Assembly (NCBI GenBank): GCA_035084275.1
Contig: CM068757.1
Coordinates: forward strand, 12,214,001-12,278,000
Source: Hydrolagus colliei
Taxonomy: Eukaryota
DNA: 64,000 nt
Reading direction: 5' to 3'
Shown: in pieces, positions 13,032 to 26,500 of the stretch
Layout of the letters: every line of letters starts with the position of its first letter
How positions within the stretch are numbered: the first letter of the stretch is position 1
The notes under the pieces: generated by a model
What the model saw: the letters and a program-made list of their open reading frames with translations, nothing else
Told to the model about the DNA's origin: nothing
Databases searched by the model: none
Program-made: the position numbers and the translations under genes

Positions 13032-16000
13032 CTTTGGCTTATCAAACCTGTGTTGGTGTGAACTTCCCCACTGGTGCTATCTATTCTAATCCTTATTCCC
13101 CTGCTCTATACCTTTTCATTTTTTCATCAAGTCGTTATGTGGAGTCTGTTTAGTGTAGTGGATAGAGCAGTCGCCTCACAAGCGAGAAGACCCAGGTTTG
13201 CCTCCCAGGGCAAAATGTGAGACAAGTTTCCTTACTCTACACTCCTCTCTGGTTATCTAGCAGTAAGTAGGATGCCAGTTTGGGGTAATAATCCCTTTTT
13301 AAAATAATAAATAAACTGTTTTAAAAAAAATTCACAACTCTTTGTGAGACTCTCTGTGCACAATTGGCTGCCACATTACGTCCACAAAATACCCAGTCAA
13401 TTCACTTTATAGTACAATATATTCTGTGTAGTTCTTGGGGTGTCTCAATGATGTGTTAAGACTCTATATTAAATGCAAGGAGTATTATTATTATAATTCT
13501 CTGTTTTGTGCTGCTCATTAAACATTTGTGGTACTTGTTACTTTCTAGTTACCCAATATCTTTGTGTGTTTGTGTGTGTGCGTGCATGCATGTGTGTGTG
13601 ACTTTCCCCGTGAGGCATGTTTCCAAGTATGGGTTGAGACATCAAGAGAGAACCTGACTGCAGACCCACCAGTTTCCTCTACGGTGGGGGAGGAAAATCA
13701 GAGAAGGAAATCTTGCAAGGAAATACCACAAAATTAACCTCTAGTGTCTCTTATTGAAAATGACTCGAACTGTCAGTGTGATGAGCCTCTAACTGTGCTT
13801 TCAAATAACTTTCGAAGGGGGAGCAGCAGCAACAAAAAATTGTTTTTGCATTAGCGACTTATTACCCGATTACACCTTGTGCGGTCTCTCCTAGTGCTTC
13901 TTATTTACTCCCCATCAACCAATGTTGGGGGAATCTCTAGTTGACAGGCTAGTTTATCTAGAGCGATGTGCTTGGTTATGAGAAAAATCTATTCCAAGGC
14001 CATTCCTGAAGTAAATTTAATTAAATGTTATTAGATCTGCCATTTGCAGGTCATGTAGACCCATTGCTGTTTGACTGACTCTCTGTCTGGACAGACATGA
14101 GAGCACAGGCCTCCTCGCCAACCAGTCCTTTCACTCGAACCCAAATGGTTCCTTCTGCAAACAACAACAATAACACAAAATGATGTGTGTGGTCACAGTT
14201 TTGTCGAGCTTTGCAATCACATATAAATACATATTTATTAACTGAAGTTAGCAGAGGCTGTTGACGATGAAGATAATGGTATAAAAATGCAGAGTTGGTG
14301 TCATGAATTACAGTGCTATCATGTGCTAATAAGAACTGTTAATGGGAATGTGGTGGGGTTGGGTTAGGAAGAATTCTACCCAGGTCTGGATTTACTCCAT
14401 TCATGTCTGGGGGCATTCTGGCCAATTTGTCGAATTCATTGTTCGAAGTGTATTTATAACAAATTCACAGAGTTTAAAATTAAAACTAAATTCATCATTC
14501 ATCAGAATTTGACAAATTCTGTACACTCAGAAATCTTAAAGCAACAGAGTACATGGGGACCCAACTGGAATTCCTATCCCCATTCGCACCGTCTGTATAT
14601 ATTACTATAATTATTACAAATTTTGCCCACTAAATACACAGTCAATCCACTTTGCAATATATCCTGTGAAGTGCTTTGAGATGTCTCAGTGACCTGATAA
14701 GGCACCATATTGAATGCAAGGAATATTATTGTTGTTACTTATTTTTGATCTAGCTCTCGTCACATCATTAGGACTTCTCAAACTGCTTGACAGAATTTTA
14801 CTGTAAAGCACAGTAGGCGGATACGGGCACAGCAATGTTCAAAGGGTTTTGCTGTTCAAAGCAGCCTCTGAAGTTTGTGGAGAGCATCAAGTGACACAGG
14901 TAGAGGCAGCTGTTTAAAAAAAACCACGCCTGACGGCTCTGAAACTGACCATGTTATTTTCTGGGTGATGGCGTTTCCTGGAAACGCAGGAAGACAAGAG
15001 GAATTGTATTTGGGCATCAATAATAACAAACAGAATTCCCATATTTCCAATTATAGGGTGACCAAAAAGTCCTGATAACCTCCCTATTATCTTAAAACCC
15101 CCCACAAAAATCATCATTTCATGAAGGCTTCTTGGACATTGTAACTGTATCCAGGCCTTTTTGATCTATATCTGTAGAATTGAGGAGCCCTGATTCACCA
15201 AGCAGACTGTGACTCCAAACTTATGCTCATATCAAAAGGTTTTTGAAACTGGCTTTTTTTTCCCGAATTGTGAAAGTAAGAGGAAAATTGGCGACTGGAG
15301 CAGGGTTGCCATGAAGCGTAGTTGAGGCTAGGGCACTGAGACTCATTTAAAAAGCAGTTTGATGCTGTGATGCGAGTGGTGGGAAGTGGAGAGACTTCCC
15401 ACTTCTTGAAGGATGAGATCGGATGGGCCAAAGGGCCTGCTTTATCCCATCCGATCTTGTGAAACATTAGAGTTATGGGCTTGACAGTGACACAGTTGGT
15501 CAGGCTGCACTTCGAATCTCCACTCCAACAGGCAGAGAGGACCTCGATTTTTAACATCTCATCCGAAGCACGGCACCTCTGACAATGCAGCACTGCACTG
15601 GAATGTCAGCCTAGATTGCGCGAGTTCCAAGACCTGACGTAGAGCTTGAACTTGCAATCTCCTGACTCTCAGTTGCCAGTGCTACTGACTGAGCCAGGTT
15701 GACATGAGTTACTTGCATGTGCAAATTGCTGGCCAATGTTTTGCCCTGTGGACAACTGGTCACTTTGCCCTGCTAATATTTCCATTCCATTAGTACAACA
15801 GCCATCCCTGTGGGAAATTAGCAGGATGAAGTGACCAATTGTCCAGTGGGAACATTAGGAGGACGAAGGGTCTGAGTGAGACAGCCGAGATAGTGCATAG
15901 AATTGTGGTCACTTTGTTCTGTCTGCCTATGTTCACTAGGAACGTCCAAATTCACATTCCACAGTAGCCATTTTGCCATCAGAAAGACTCAGGATTCAAA

Positions 16001-18122
16001 CTGGATCCCGAGAGGTGATATGACAGTGTGTTCACTATCTGAGTCCTCAATTGAAAACTTATATAGAGGATCGGTGTGAGAAAGCACCATCATTTTCACA
16101 GCAAATAATGATCCATCGCCATGTTCAGTGCCACATCTTCCAGGAAACTGATGGAGTCAGTGAGGAGGACTGGTATCAGACATAGTTCTGCTCAATTCAT
16201 CTACAACAGAAAATAAAAATTTATTGTAAGCACACAGTGGGGAGAGGCGAGGGGGATGGATGGGAACAGGACTTTGTGAACACCCTGTACTTGTCTCCAT
16301 TGAGATCCAAGCCAACTCCATTAAACTGTTTCCCTGAAACAGATACACCGTTAAAAACATCATCATTTGTGAACACTCACAAAATAACCTTGACCCTCTA
16401 ATAAAAACTGATAGAGAGCAAAACTATTTGGTAAACTGGGGGGGAATGTGGAGAAAGCATGGTGAAAAATGATTGAGATAAAGTCTCTCACTATCTTCAT
16501 AACTTGTCATCAATTTTTTCAGAACTTTAAGTAATAATAATCCTTGCATTTGATATAGCGCTTTTCACATCTTATTGATGTCTCAAACCAGTTCACTTAC
16601 TATAGTGTAAAGTAAATTGACTGTATATTTGTGGGTGAAATGTGGCAGCCAATTGCGTACAGCAGGGTCCCACAAACATGGTCGTGGACTAAAATGACCA
16701 ATTTTTATGATTGTGTTAAAGCACGAACGTGGCTTTTAAATCTTATGCCGAACATTTACTATTACAAAGAATTGATGTGATGGAACAGCCATTCAGTGTT
16801 AAAACAGGAGGTGCGTCACACAGATTTGAGGGTACAAGTCCTCACCCAGTCTTTCCCACGCTGTAATTCATGCACTTGCGAAAAATCCACTTGATATCTA
16901 TCAGTAATTCATTCTGTTTTGCTATTAACATTGTCAAGTTTGTTGCTGTTGCTATCTTGTTTTTAAAGACCTCGGGTCGAACACAATCTATTTCACAAAT
17001 ATTACAATTTAGACAACCGCTCTCCCCCCCTCATGATTTTCCCCCTCCATTGAACTCTCACGACCTTTCCTTTCATCCTTCAGAATCACCAGCCTTAAGT
17101 CCTAGTGCTCGCTCAGTTGTGAGAGATGTTAACTAACAGCCCTAGATGATCAAGTTCTGGCCCATCCACTGAGTGTCTGTCATTTCCTTTATGTTACTCA
17201 TTTCATAATCCCTGTATTTGTTACAGCGATTTTATTATGTTATTGAGACGCCTCAAGGTGCTTCAAGAATATCCCGTTAAGCAAATTGACTATATTTTGT
17301 GGGCAAAATGCGGCTGCCAATTGTGCACAGCAGTGTACCACAAACAGTCGTATACTAAGTGCCCCCAACCACCCCCTGTAAAGTGTGTCAATCAACTCAC
17401 AACTGGTTTTCTACTTATTACTAGGTAACCAGGTATGTGGAGTAAGGAAACTTGCCTAAGGTTTTGCCCTGTCTGGGAATCGAACCCTCTCAGGTCCTCT
17501 CACTTGCCGGGCGAGCGCACTGACCACTATTCTACGGGACTCCATATTAATACTGTAATAATAATATTCCTACATTAAATCGTATTTCTCCGGTTTCTGA
17601 ATACTCACATGGCTGATCCTCTCTCCTCGCCCAGTGTACCAGGTTCCCAAACCAGATATAGCAAAAGGTAAAGCAAGCACAAGAAATATGTGGAGTTGGC
17701 CTGTAGGATGGTGCATTCCTCACATGGCCTTTTCCCTCACTGTTTATTTATCTAAATGTGATTCATGCATTTGCAAACTTGGGGATGTAAAAATCCGCTT
17801 CATATTTATCAGTAATTCATTAGATTTTGCAAATAGCATTGTCAAATTGTGCTTTATTGTTGCTGTTTTGTTTTTGGAGACATTTTATCTTTTTATTGTC
17901 TTTTTTTTGTCTGCGAGAGGTAGCGGGGTAAGGCCCTTACTTTATATGAAAACAAGTAAAGTGAAGATGAAATTTTTTCTCCTTGTCCATGCCCTTTACT
18001 TCAAAGGGAGATCAGTCCAGGATCCACCTTAAACATTACATGCCTTTTACAGATCACAGCTTAACTTTCATCAACTCAGAGACAGAGCAGGGGTACCTCA
18101 CAGGCAAAATGTACAGCAAACG

Positions 18123-18663
18123 CTAAATATAGGCTGTGCTAATCTAAACTATTAGCAAATTCTTTGCTAAACTTAATTCTTTTTTCCAAGAGAAATAAGA
18201 TAAGAGGATGTGGAGGAATTTCATTTATGGGAGCTTATTTGTCGTTCAAATTGAAGGTGGTGGTGGTGAAGTGTTGGGGGGGGGGGGTTGTGGGGGTAGG
18301 TGGGGGGGGGGGGGGGGGGGAGTCTGTGTGTGTGTGTGTGTGTGTTGGGGAGGGAAGTGGGGAGAGAGCGAGAGAGAAGCAGATGCTTGTTATATAAAGT
18401 TTAACAATTTTTTTTTCTTCTTCTTAGACGTTTTGTTTGTGTCGCTTCACTGAGCCAAAAGTTTCAGATGGAACAATGACCTTAAATGGTAAAAGCTCCC
18501 AGGAGTGAGAGAGAGGCTGCTTCTCAGAATAGCAGGAATTAAGTCAGTCGGTTGTAGGTAGAGGTTTTGATGTGAATAAGCAGGGATCCATCCTAGTGTT
18601 TGATCTGCCGATGGGGGCTGCTTGGGGACACGGCTCTTCCTAAAACGTTGGCTCCTATAAAGG
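18123..18663 (+). promoter_or_regulatory. Candidate internal muscle-type promoter: MEF2 site CTAAATATAG (18123-18132), TATATAAA (18391-18398), CArG boxes CCTTAAATGG (18480-18489) and CCTATAAAGG (18654-18663)
   Basis: Exact consensus matches read directly. IRAG1 is a smooth-muscle/platelet gene. ATG GTA AAA GCT CCC (MVKAP) at 18486. Confidence 0.65.
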
Positions 18664-21600
18664 TACAGTACTGTTTTCAAGGTCAGTGCAAGGAAACTTG
18701 TAGAGGCGAGAGAGACTTACTGATTGCAAATCAACCAGCTTGCCTCAACAACTAGTAAACAATGCATAAAGTGTAGCAACAAAATCAAAATGTTGTTTTG
18801 CTTCTCGTTCAGTTGCTGCTTGTATTAGGAAGTCAGTTCTGTGGTTTTCTCTCTCTCTCTCTCTCTCTCAACCCCCGACTTTCACTACCCTCCTGTTCCC
18901 TGGAGGGATATGCCTCGACCTAACTGGAAGTTAGTTGTATGCATGCCTGTGTTTTTTTTAAACAGAGAGAAAGCATTGAGATATAAAGCAAGGAAGATTG
19001 TGCTTTAAGAGGAGTTTTTTTCCCCAAGCCCTGCTGCCTGCCTGCCGCAAACATCTGAATATTGAAATGCAACGGGGGGGGTGTCATGTCCCCTGGCAGG
19101 GATGGCAATAGGTACGGTCACCATATGTCCCATATTTCCGGGGACAGTCCCTAGGCTGTTTCCCTGGGACCAAAGAGTGCGCTGCCTTGTGTTCAACAGC
19201 AAACTTGAGCAAGGAGCCATACAATTCTAAAATAGACACAATCATGAGAGAAACCCAGCCATTAATCCAAGTTTCCTATTAATCTCCAGTGACTGCCAGC
19301 ATCAAAACTTGTGGTGAGTTCAATTTTCTTTCATTCATGTGCGTTCCTGGATTTGATGTACAAAATACTGTAAGGAAGACACACCGTTTGGGTTCCAGAA
19401 TCTGTAAACTTCAAGACCGGATAATCTGCTTTCCCTTTTCAGATCCTTGTAGCATAGTGGTTAGCGCACTTACCTTGCAATCTGGAGGACCTGGGTTCAA
19501 TTCCTGGGCAGTGTGAGATCTTAGACACGTTTCCTTAATCCACATGCTCCTGTTTCCTAGCAGTAAATAGGAACCCGTTTGTTAGCTAATTAATGGATTG
19601 GTAATAATCCCTCAATCTACAAGTGTTTGTGGGACACTGCTGTGCACAATTGACTGACAAGTCTCTCCCACAAAAAGATTAGTTAATCCGCTTTACAGTA
19701 TAGTCTGGAAAACATTTTGTGACCTCACAGCAATGTGATAAGGTGCTATATCAAATGCAGATGCATAAATTAATGCTGTCTGTTTTACTGTCATCTTAAT
19801 TCAGTGCAATATTGACTGCCAGGTACCCTAGCAGGGAAACTGGTAGAATACATCTGTTATGGCTATCATGCCAGTGAGGGACTTTGTATTTAGTAATAAT
19901 TTAACATGTCAAATTAATTATTTCAGATGTGGATGTTTTTCAGTGCGAAGGGTGTTTTTTACTTGGAATAACTGCTTAAAAATAGACATGGACAGTATCC
20001 ATCTCTTTAGACTCATTTCATTCATGTTTCCGGCACAAGCAGAAAACTGCCAGTGTTTAAAGACGAGTAGAGCAGCAGGTTTAACCCTGGTTCAGCGTGT
20101 GATTCAATGCCTGCTATTGTTGGAACTACAATAACAACAATAACAAAATTAATTTGTATAGTGCCTTTCACGTCGAGACGTTGCACAGTCAGTGTTTCAG
20201 ACCCGAGCTGGGAGAGGTCGTGAATGGCGAGGGTGGAGGGCAGGGGGGCAAAGCTGGGTGATCAAAAGCATGGTCAAAGAGGAGGCTGTTGAAGGAGGCA
20301 AGGGAGGGTGGCGAGGTGGAGGGAGGCGAGGTGGAGGGACTGTGGGATGGAGTTCTGGAGGTGGGAGCAGAGAGACAGAAGGCCCACACGCCAGTGGTGG
20401 GACATACAGTTTTGTTAAATACAACAGAGTCACGTAGGGCATTCTTAGAGGGAGTTTCTCATTCCCAGTGTCCTGACAGTCAATGCCCCCGGGTAAAATC
20501 ATTCATTCACTTCCTGGCTGTTTCTCGGATTTTGCTCTGCACAAATTGGCAGCTAAATTGGCATACAAAATAGTCACTGCATTTTAGAGTAAATCCTGTG
20601 AAGTGCTTTGAGGTGTCCTTCTAAACACTGAGCTACAGGACTCCACTTTATCCTGAGTTCCTGACCTGGTTCATAAAATCCTAGGGAGTAGAGGCTTCCA
20701 TTTGGGACTCAGGACCTTTTATTGCTCTTTCCAGACTAAATGCGTGTGTTTGTAGAGCACAGATGGGGCGGGGAAGGGATGTGGTCGCTGTCACCACCAC
20801 AAGAAATGACTTGTGTGTAGCACCCACCCTCCCCCCCCCAATAGATATAAAATAATCTATTTCAGACAGTCGCTCCAATATCAAAATATCATGGATATTT
20901 CAATACAATGCATCCATTATCTGCGTCCAACAAGCCGACTTGTTAAGTGTCAGCTAACTAGTGAGTAGCTGTTAATGTATCATATATACCCGATATGCCC
21001 ATGGGTTGGCCAATCACAAGGTAGGCTCCAAAAGACCTGTAGAGCTGCTGTCAACAGGAACATGTCTGCAGACTGAGCTTTACTGCAGAGAAGCTGTGGA
21101 ATGCTCCCGAGTACAGCAGCAATCCTTGAAATGTATACAAACCGTAAAAATATTAGTCTTCCTCGCTGCAGATTTATAATAACAGCAAACAGGGGAGTTA
21201 TAATAGCAGGAGAGTGAGTTGTGTTGCCAGCCATGATGGTTGAACCTAAAGTGCTGGGGTTTTGGTGAGAGACTTGGTGGTTTGAATCCCACAGAAAGTT
21301 GTTGCCCTGTGCCTCGCTCCTTGGTAACCCTTACTAAAGGGGTTACATTTAGAAAGGTTTGAACAGTTTAGTGAAGTAAGTCTAGAATGAAATCAGACTC
21401 CCAGCAAATACAATCAATGCAGCGTTTAATTCAACCTATTCAATAGGAGGTGAATAAATGTTTGGGTTGAAGGGTATTGAAGGGTACAGAGCTCAGGTTG
21501 ATATGATACAGCCTCCACAACAGACGGTAGTTCCACTGGTCGGAAGGAGATGGGTGGGCATTATAACAACAGGTCGACTTGCTATAATATACTTTGCATT

Positions 21601-21679
21601 TTATGGTTCGCCTATTGTTGTTGTGACATCTCAAAGAGCTTCCCAGGATATACTGCAAGGTAACTGTGTGCTCTATAAG

Positions 21680-21812
21680 TCGGGTATTAAGGGATACGGG
21701 GAGAAGGTGGGAAATTGGAATTGAAAGGATTTGTAGAGGTGCAGATCAGCCAAGATCTAATTAAATGGTCGAACCGGCTCAAAAGGCTAAATAGTGTACT
21801 ATGTTCCTATGT
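21680..21812 (+). mobile_element. 3' end of a second CR1-type family (ctatgttcctatg tail)
   Basis: aagggatacggggagaagg...gatcagcc...ggctcaaaaggctaaat..., typical of shark CR1 3' UTRs. Confidence 0.6.
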
Positions 21813-23470
21813 AGGCGAATGTGACAGACAATTTGCACTCAGCAATGCCTATCAAACAGCCATGGAGAATTAACCAATTTTATCTGGGGCACTATTGTTC
21901 AGGACATCTGGATAGACTCCCTTTTCCTTGACGAAAATCTTTATGGTTAACCAAATGGAACAAAATGCCGGTATCTTCGTGTTAATATTAATTGCACCGC
22001 CAGCTGTAAAATATGCTCTAATAGACCTACAGAGAATGGGGGCAGAGAATCTGGGTTGAATCGTGGAGTCTAGATGTGGGGATTTTCTCTCAGTGTAAAA
22101 TTACACCAACACGGACTGGTTGGGCCTAACGTCCTGTTTCCATATTGTACAGTTTGTGTAAATCTATGAATATTCTGGTGCTTTTTGCTTTGGAAAGCTG
22201 AGGGAAAATGGTCTTGAAGGGTCTTCTATATTTGAAACTTCCTTTGATCGTCTTGGTCAATCAGAGAACATGTGTGAGTTACCATTTCCTAGGAGACTGG
22301 GAGTGTGCGTGTGCATGTGTGCCATGTGTGTGTGTGTGGAATGGACTATAAAAAGGATTCTGTGCAGTCTTTGTGATAAGATACAATGTTCTTTTTTTGC
22401 TCTGTACCTCCTCATGTTCTTAAAGGAAATATGACCGAAGAGATAGAGAGTACAGGCAGGAAGCGAAACAATCTGTTTACAACCCATTTTCTAGTCTTAC
22501 AGGAAGGGACTCCTCTCTCAGAAATACTAAGATAGAGACTTATATTGTTAGTAAGCATTGTTGAGTTCTGTCGAAGGGTCGTGGACCCAAAGGTTGACTC
22601 ACTTTTCCTTACTCCATAGATGCTGTCTGACCTGCTGATTGTTCCCAGCTACTTCTGTTGAAGCACTGTTAATGATAATGATGATGACAATAATTTGTGT
22701 ATTTGATTCAGCATTGTTCAGGTCAGGAGGACATTTCAAAGCCCTGCACCTGATTTGACTATAAGGTGTAGCGTCTGTGTAGTTTGGAGACAAAAATAAT
22801 TACCGTGAATTGCCCATTTGCAGAAATGAAACTGCCTATCTGTCTGTCTTTCTGTCTGTCCATCTATCATATATTAGCAGAGTTGCTACCCTGTTGTTAT
22901 ACATACATAGTACTGTAGTAGGGTTTATACCAACAACAACATAGTTACATTTGTGTAGCACATTTCATGGCGGCAGGATGACCCAAAGCATTGGCCATAC
23001 AGTATTCTGGACCCAAGCTGGGCATTGGGGAGGTGGGAGGGTGGAGGACATGGTGTGCTGGGGGAGGAGGTTGATCAATAGCACGGTCAAAGAGGAGGGC
23101 CTTGTCGTGGGTCTTGAAGGGGGTGAGGGATGTATGTTACTATACATCTATTACGTATAAAGCAGCTAATCCGTGCTTGTGATGGATCTTAAACAACAAT
23201 ACGACAAGTTGCAAATTAATCTGAATCTGCCACCAGCTGAATCGCAAGGCAGACAGAGCCCAAATAAATTAACACTGGAAATAAATAAGTGACTTGTGCT
23301 CAATAGTGTGAGACAAACAGAGGCATAAATCAAGAGTGACTAGGGTAGGGGATGGGGTGGGACACACACACACATATTGTCTTGTATACCATACCCTGCG
23401 TTCACATTGTTGATGCTGTGTTCGCTTACAATGTCATCGGTTCACGAGGCAAAACAAAACCAGAATGGGG

Positions 23471-23545
23471 GTCGCCACGGCAACGGTCTTAGCGTAGCTT
23501 GTCCCAATCAGTCACCGCTCTAATCGGGAGGGCGCTGCATTGGCA
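23471..23545. promoter_or_regulatory. RFX X-box (GTCGCCACGGCAAC) plus CCAAT (23504-23508), a GC-box-like GGGAGGGCG and ATTGG
   Basis: Motif cluster in a locally CpG-richer, non-repeat patch. Confidence 0.45.
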
Positions 23546-26500
23546 ATACACTAGCACACTGGGCTCTGTGTGGGTGCCCGTCCCTCGACCCCATCCCCTT
23601 CCCCAGTACCGCTATCCAGAGGTCAGGGTTGTTTAATCCAAAACTCCTTCTCCCCGTGATTTTGTTTTCTCGGGGTTGGGTTGGGTGGTGGAGGGGGAGC
23701 AGGTGGTGGATGGGGGGATGGAACCGATAACGTAATCGCAATTTTCTTTTCAAATGTAACCTTCGGTTTGAGAAAGACCCGGGTTCGATTCCTGGGCAGG
23801 ATGAAACCTTCGGCAAGTTTCCGTACTCCACACGCCTCAGTTTACCTAGTAGTAATTAAGAACCCCAGTTGTTAGTGGACTGGTGGATTGCTCTTCTGAG
23901 GGAAATGATCACTCAAAAAAAAATGTGTTTACTCAACCGATGACTGTGTCTGCTAGGCTTTTACCACAAAGCACAGTTAGTCCTCTTCACAATATATAAC
24001 AACAACAACAAAATTACACTTGTATGGCGCCTTTCACGTCAGGAGGATGTCCCAACTTATTATTATTAATATATAACCTCAAGGATTAACCGGAGAAAGG
24101 AGCGGCCATGGAGGGAGGTTACAGGAGATGAGGAGAGAGAGCTCATCGGAGAATAGGGTGAGAGATGAGGAAGAGGTTAGAGCAGAGGGAGATCACTGGA
24201 AAACCACAGTGAATTGCATTTATATATTGCCTTTCATGCACTTCATGCTGAGCTGTGCTGCTTGCAGGGAGTTCCTGATATCTGACAACCATGTAGTGAG
24301 GGCTCAAACTCACACTTGTCGGCTATCTAATGACCGATACCATGAAGCACTTTGAGGATTATTGATGATTATTCCTTAACAAAATAACACGTAGATGAAG
24401 CTGAGGATGAGACATCTGCGTGGCAATGGAAGAGGGTCAATAGAAACTTTACAGCATAATGTCCCCCCCTCTGACCAGAACTTGGTCAAAACAGAATTTG
24501 ACCAGAACACTCCCAGTTCAAATGACTCCTCGCGGAATTTTGCAAATGGCCTGCTGCCTTTTCCTACAATAACAAGATGCCATCTTGAGATGTATGCAGA
24601 GACAGGCAAAATAATTTTTTTAAGTGAGATTGAAAAAGTAAATCAAGATTCTGTTAGGTATGGTTTCCAGACACCATTAATAATAATGCCTCAAAAAAAA
24701 CAATAATAATTTGTGGGACACTGCTGTGCGCAATTGGCTACTGTTTTGCCCACAAATATAGTCAATTCACTTTACAATATATTCTGTGAAGGCCTTTGAG
24801 ACGTCTAGAAGACATGAAAAGTGCTGTAGCACATGCAAGGATTATTATTATTATTTTGTGAAGCACTTTGTGACTTCCTTTCGGGTGAGCTTCCCTTCAC
24901 ACTGTAAACTGGTTGGCAGAACTACATGGAGGGGAGAGTTAGAAGATCTGAGCCATTTTGCAGGATAAGAAGGGCATTTGCCATGTTGTTGAAGACTGAC
25001 TCCCTAATAATACTATAACAAACAAAAATAATCTCAATTTTATTTGAGCATGAGCATGCCCCAAGGCAGGACCGTTTGTTTTCTTTTCTGCCCTGATTGG
25101 GAAAGATATGGAACAGACAGTATAAACCAGGCTCTCCTCTCCCCACCACATCCCTGCCGGCAACCTGGTCTAATGGATCCAGTATAATGTCATATGGTAT
25201 CTGCCATGTGCGATACTCTCCTTGATTGTTAGTGCACCATGATTGAGGGTTCCCAAACACAGCAGCAATGAGCTTTGCAAATATTGTATACAAGTTGTTG
25301 TTGTTATTGCAAATCCCTTGCCTCCTCAAGACCTTCCTCTTCGACCGCGCCTTGTGAAGGTCAAAACATCTCAAAGCTACTTTGTAGGTATTTGCTGTCG
25401 AGTGAAGTGACTATATATATATATATATGCAAATTCAGCAGCCAATGTGCGCACAAGAAACCTCCACAAACAAACATGAGGTGAACAACCCAATTTATCT
25501 GGAGGACTGTTGACCTGGGCAGGGTAATGGAGCAAGGTGGTTGTGTTTGAAGACATTGGACTTATTTAACAAATAGCTTGGGTCAATTGTGGTGAGAAAA
25601 AGAGACCTTTTTGTTTGTGTTTACAATGAGAAATCCCACTGATCTGCATACGCGCTGTCAGATTTCAGTCTGCGTCTTTACATTTGCCCATTGTGCACCG
25701 CCTGTGGTTCGAAATGTATTCGTTGTATCACCAAACCTCTCCTTCCATCGCCCACTGCTTGTTGTAAGTGCTAAACTGGGACGAGTGGAGGGAGAGAGCA
25801 CTGCAGCGATTATCAACAGCGCTCGAGGCAGCAAACCTGTTCTGGGATATTATCCAACAGTGTCGGCCGGCCGGCTTCTCTCTGATCCCCTCTTTGTAAG
25901 TGTCTCTCTACATGTACAGCGCGATTAAACAGTCCAGGGCTCTTCAGTCTTGAGAGAAGGCGCTTTAGCAGGTGAACCCTACAGAGGTGTGTATTGCCAT
26001 TTTAAATGGAGTTGGGGAAAAAAACAGAACATTAATTTAGCATACACCAAGACTAGATAACAAGAGGACACGGGTTTAGAGTTGGAATGGGGGCAATTTC
26101 AAGATACACAAGATAGGCAAAGGAAGCTTTTCTTTACCTGGAAGGCAATTAACAACTGGAGCAGCTTGCCCAGAAAGAGGCCTGGACGTTGGGACTCATT
26201 TTTTAAAAAGCAGCTCGATGCTGTGTTGGAATGATGGTAGTGTGGTTATTTTGAGATCAAATGAGCTGAACCAACTTTCTCATCCATTTCTGACCTTGTG
26301 AACCCGAGGAAGTGATTGTTAGTTCAGTAGTTTAGCTACTCTGCACATTGGCTCTATGCAAACCGAAAAGCTGGCTTTATTATGTAATCTGTTTAATTCT
26401 GGTCATGTTACATGTCGTCTGTGTCAAAACTATTGTACAAAACGTTTAAAAAAGATATTTTAGAAATAATAATAAATTGGTCGTTTCAATCCATGATCGG

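Noticed and set aside
25650-25930. CpG-richer patch with two gtaagt donors (possible alternative 5' exon)
   Set aside because: No clear acceptor, promoter motif or homologous peptide.
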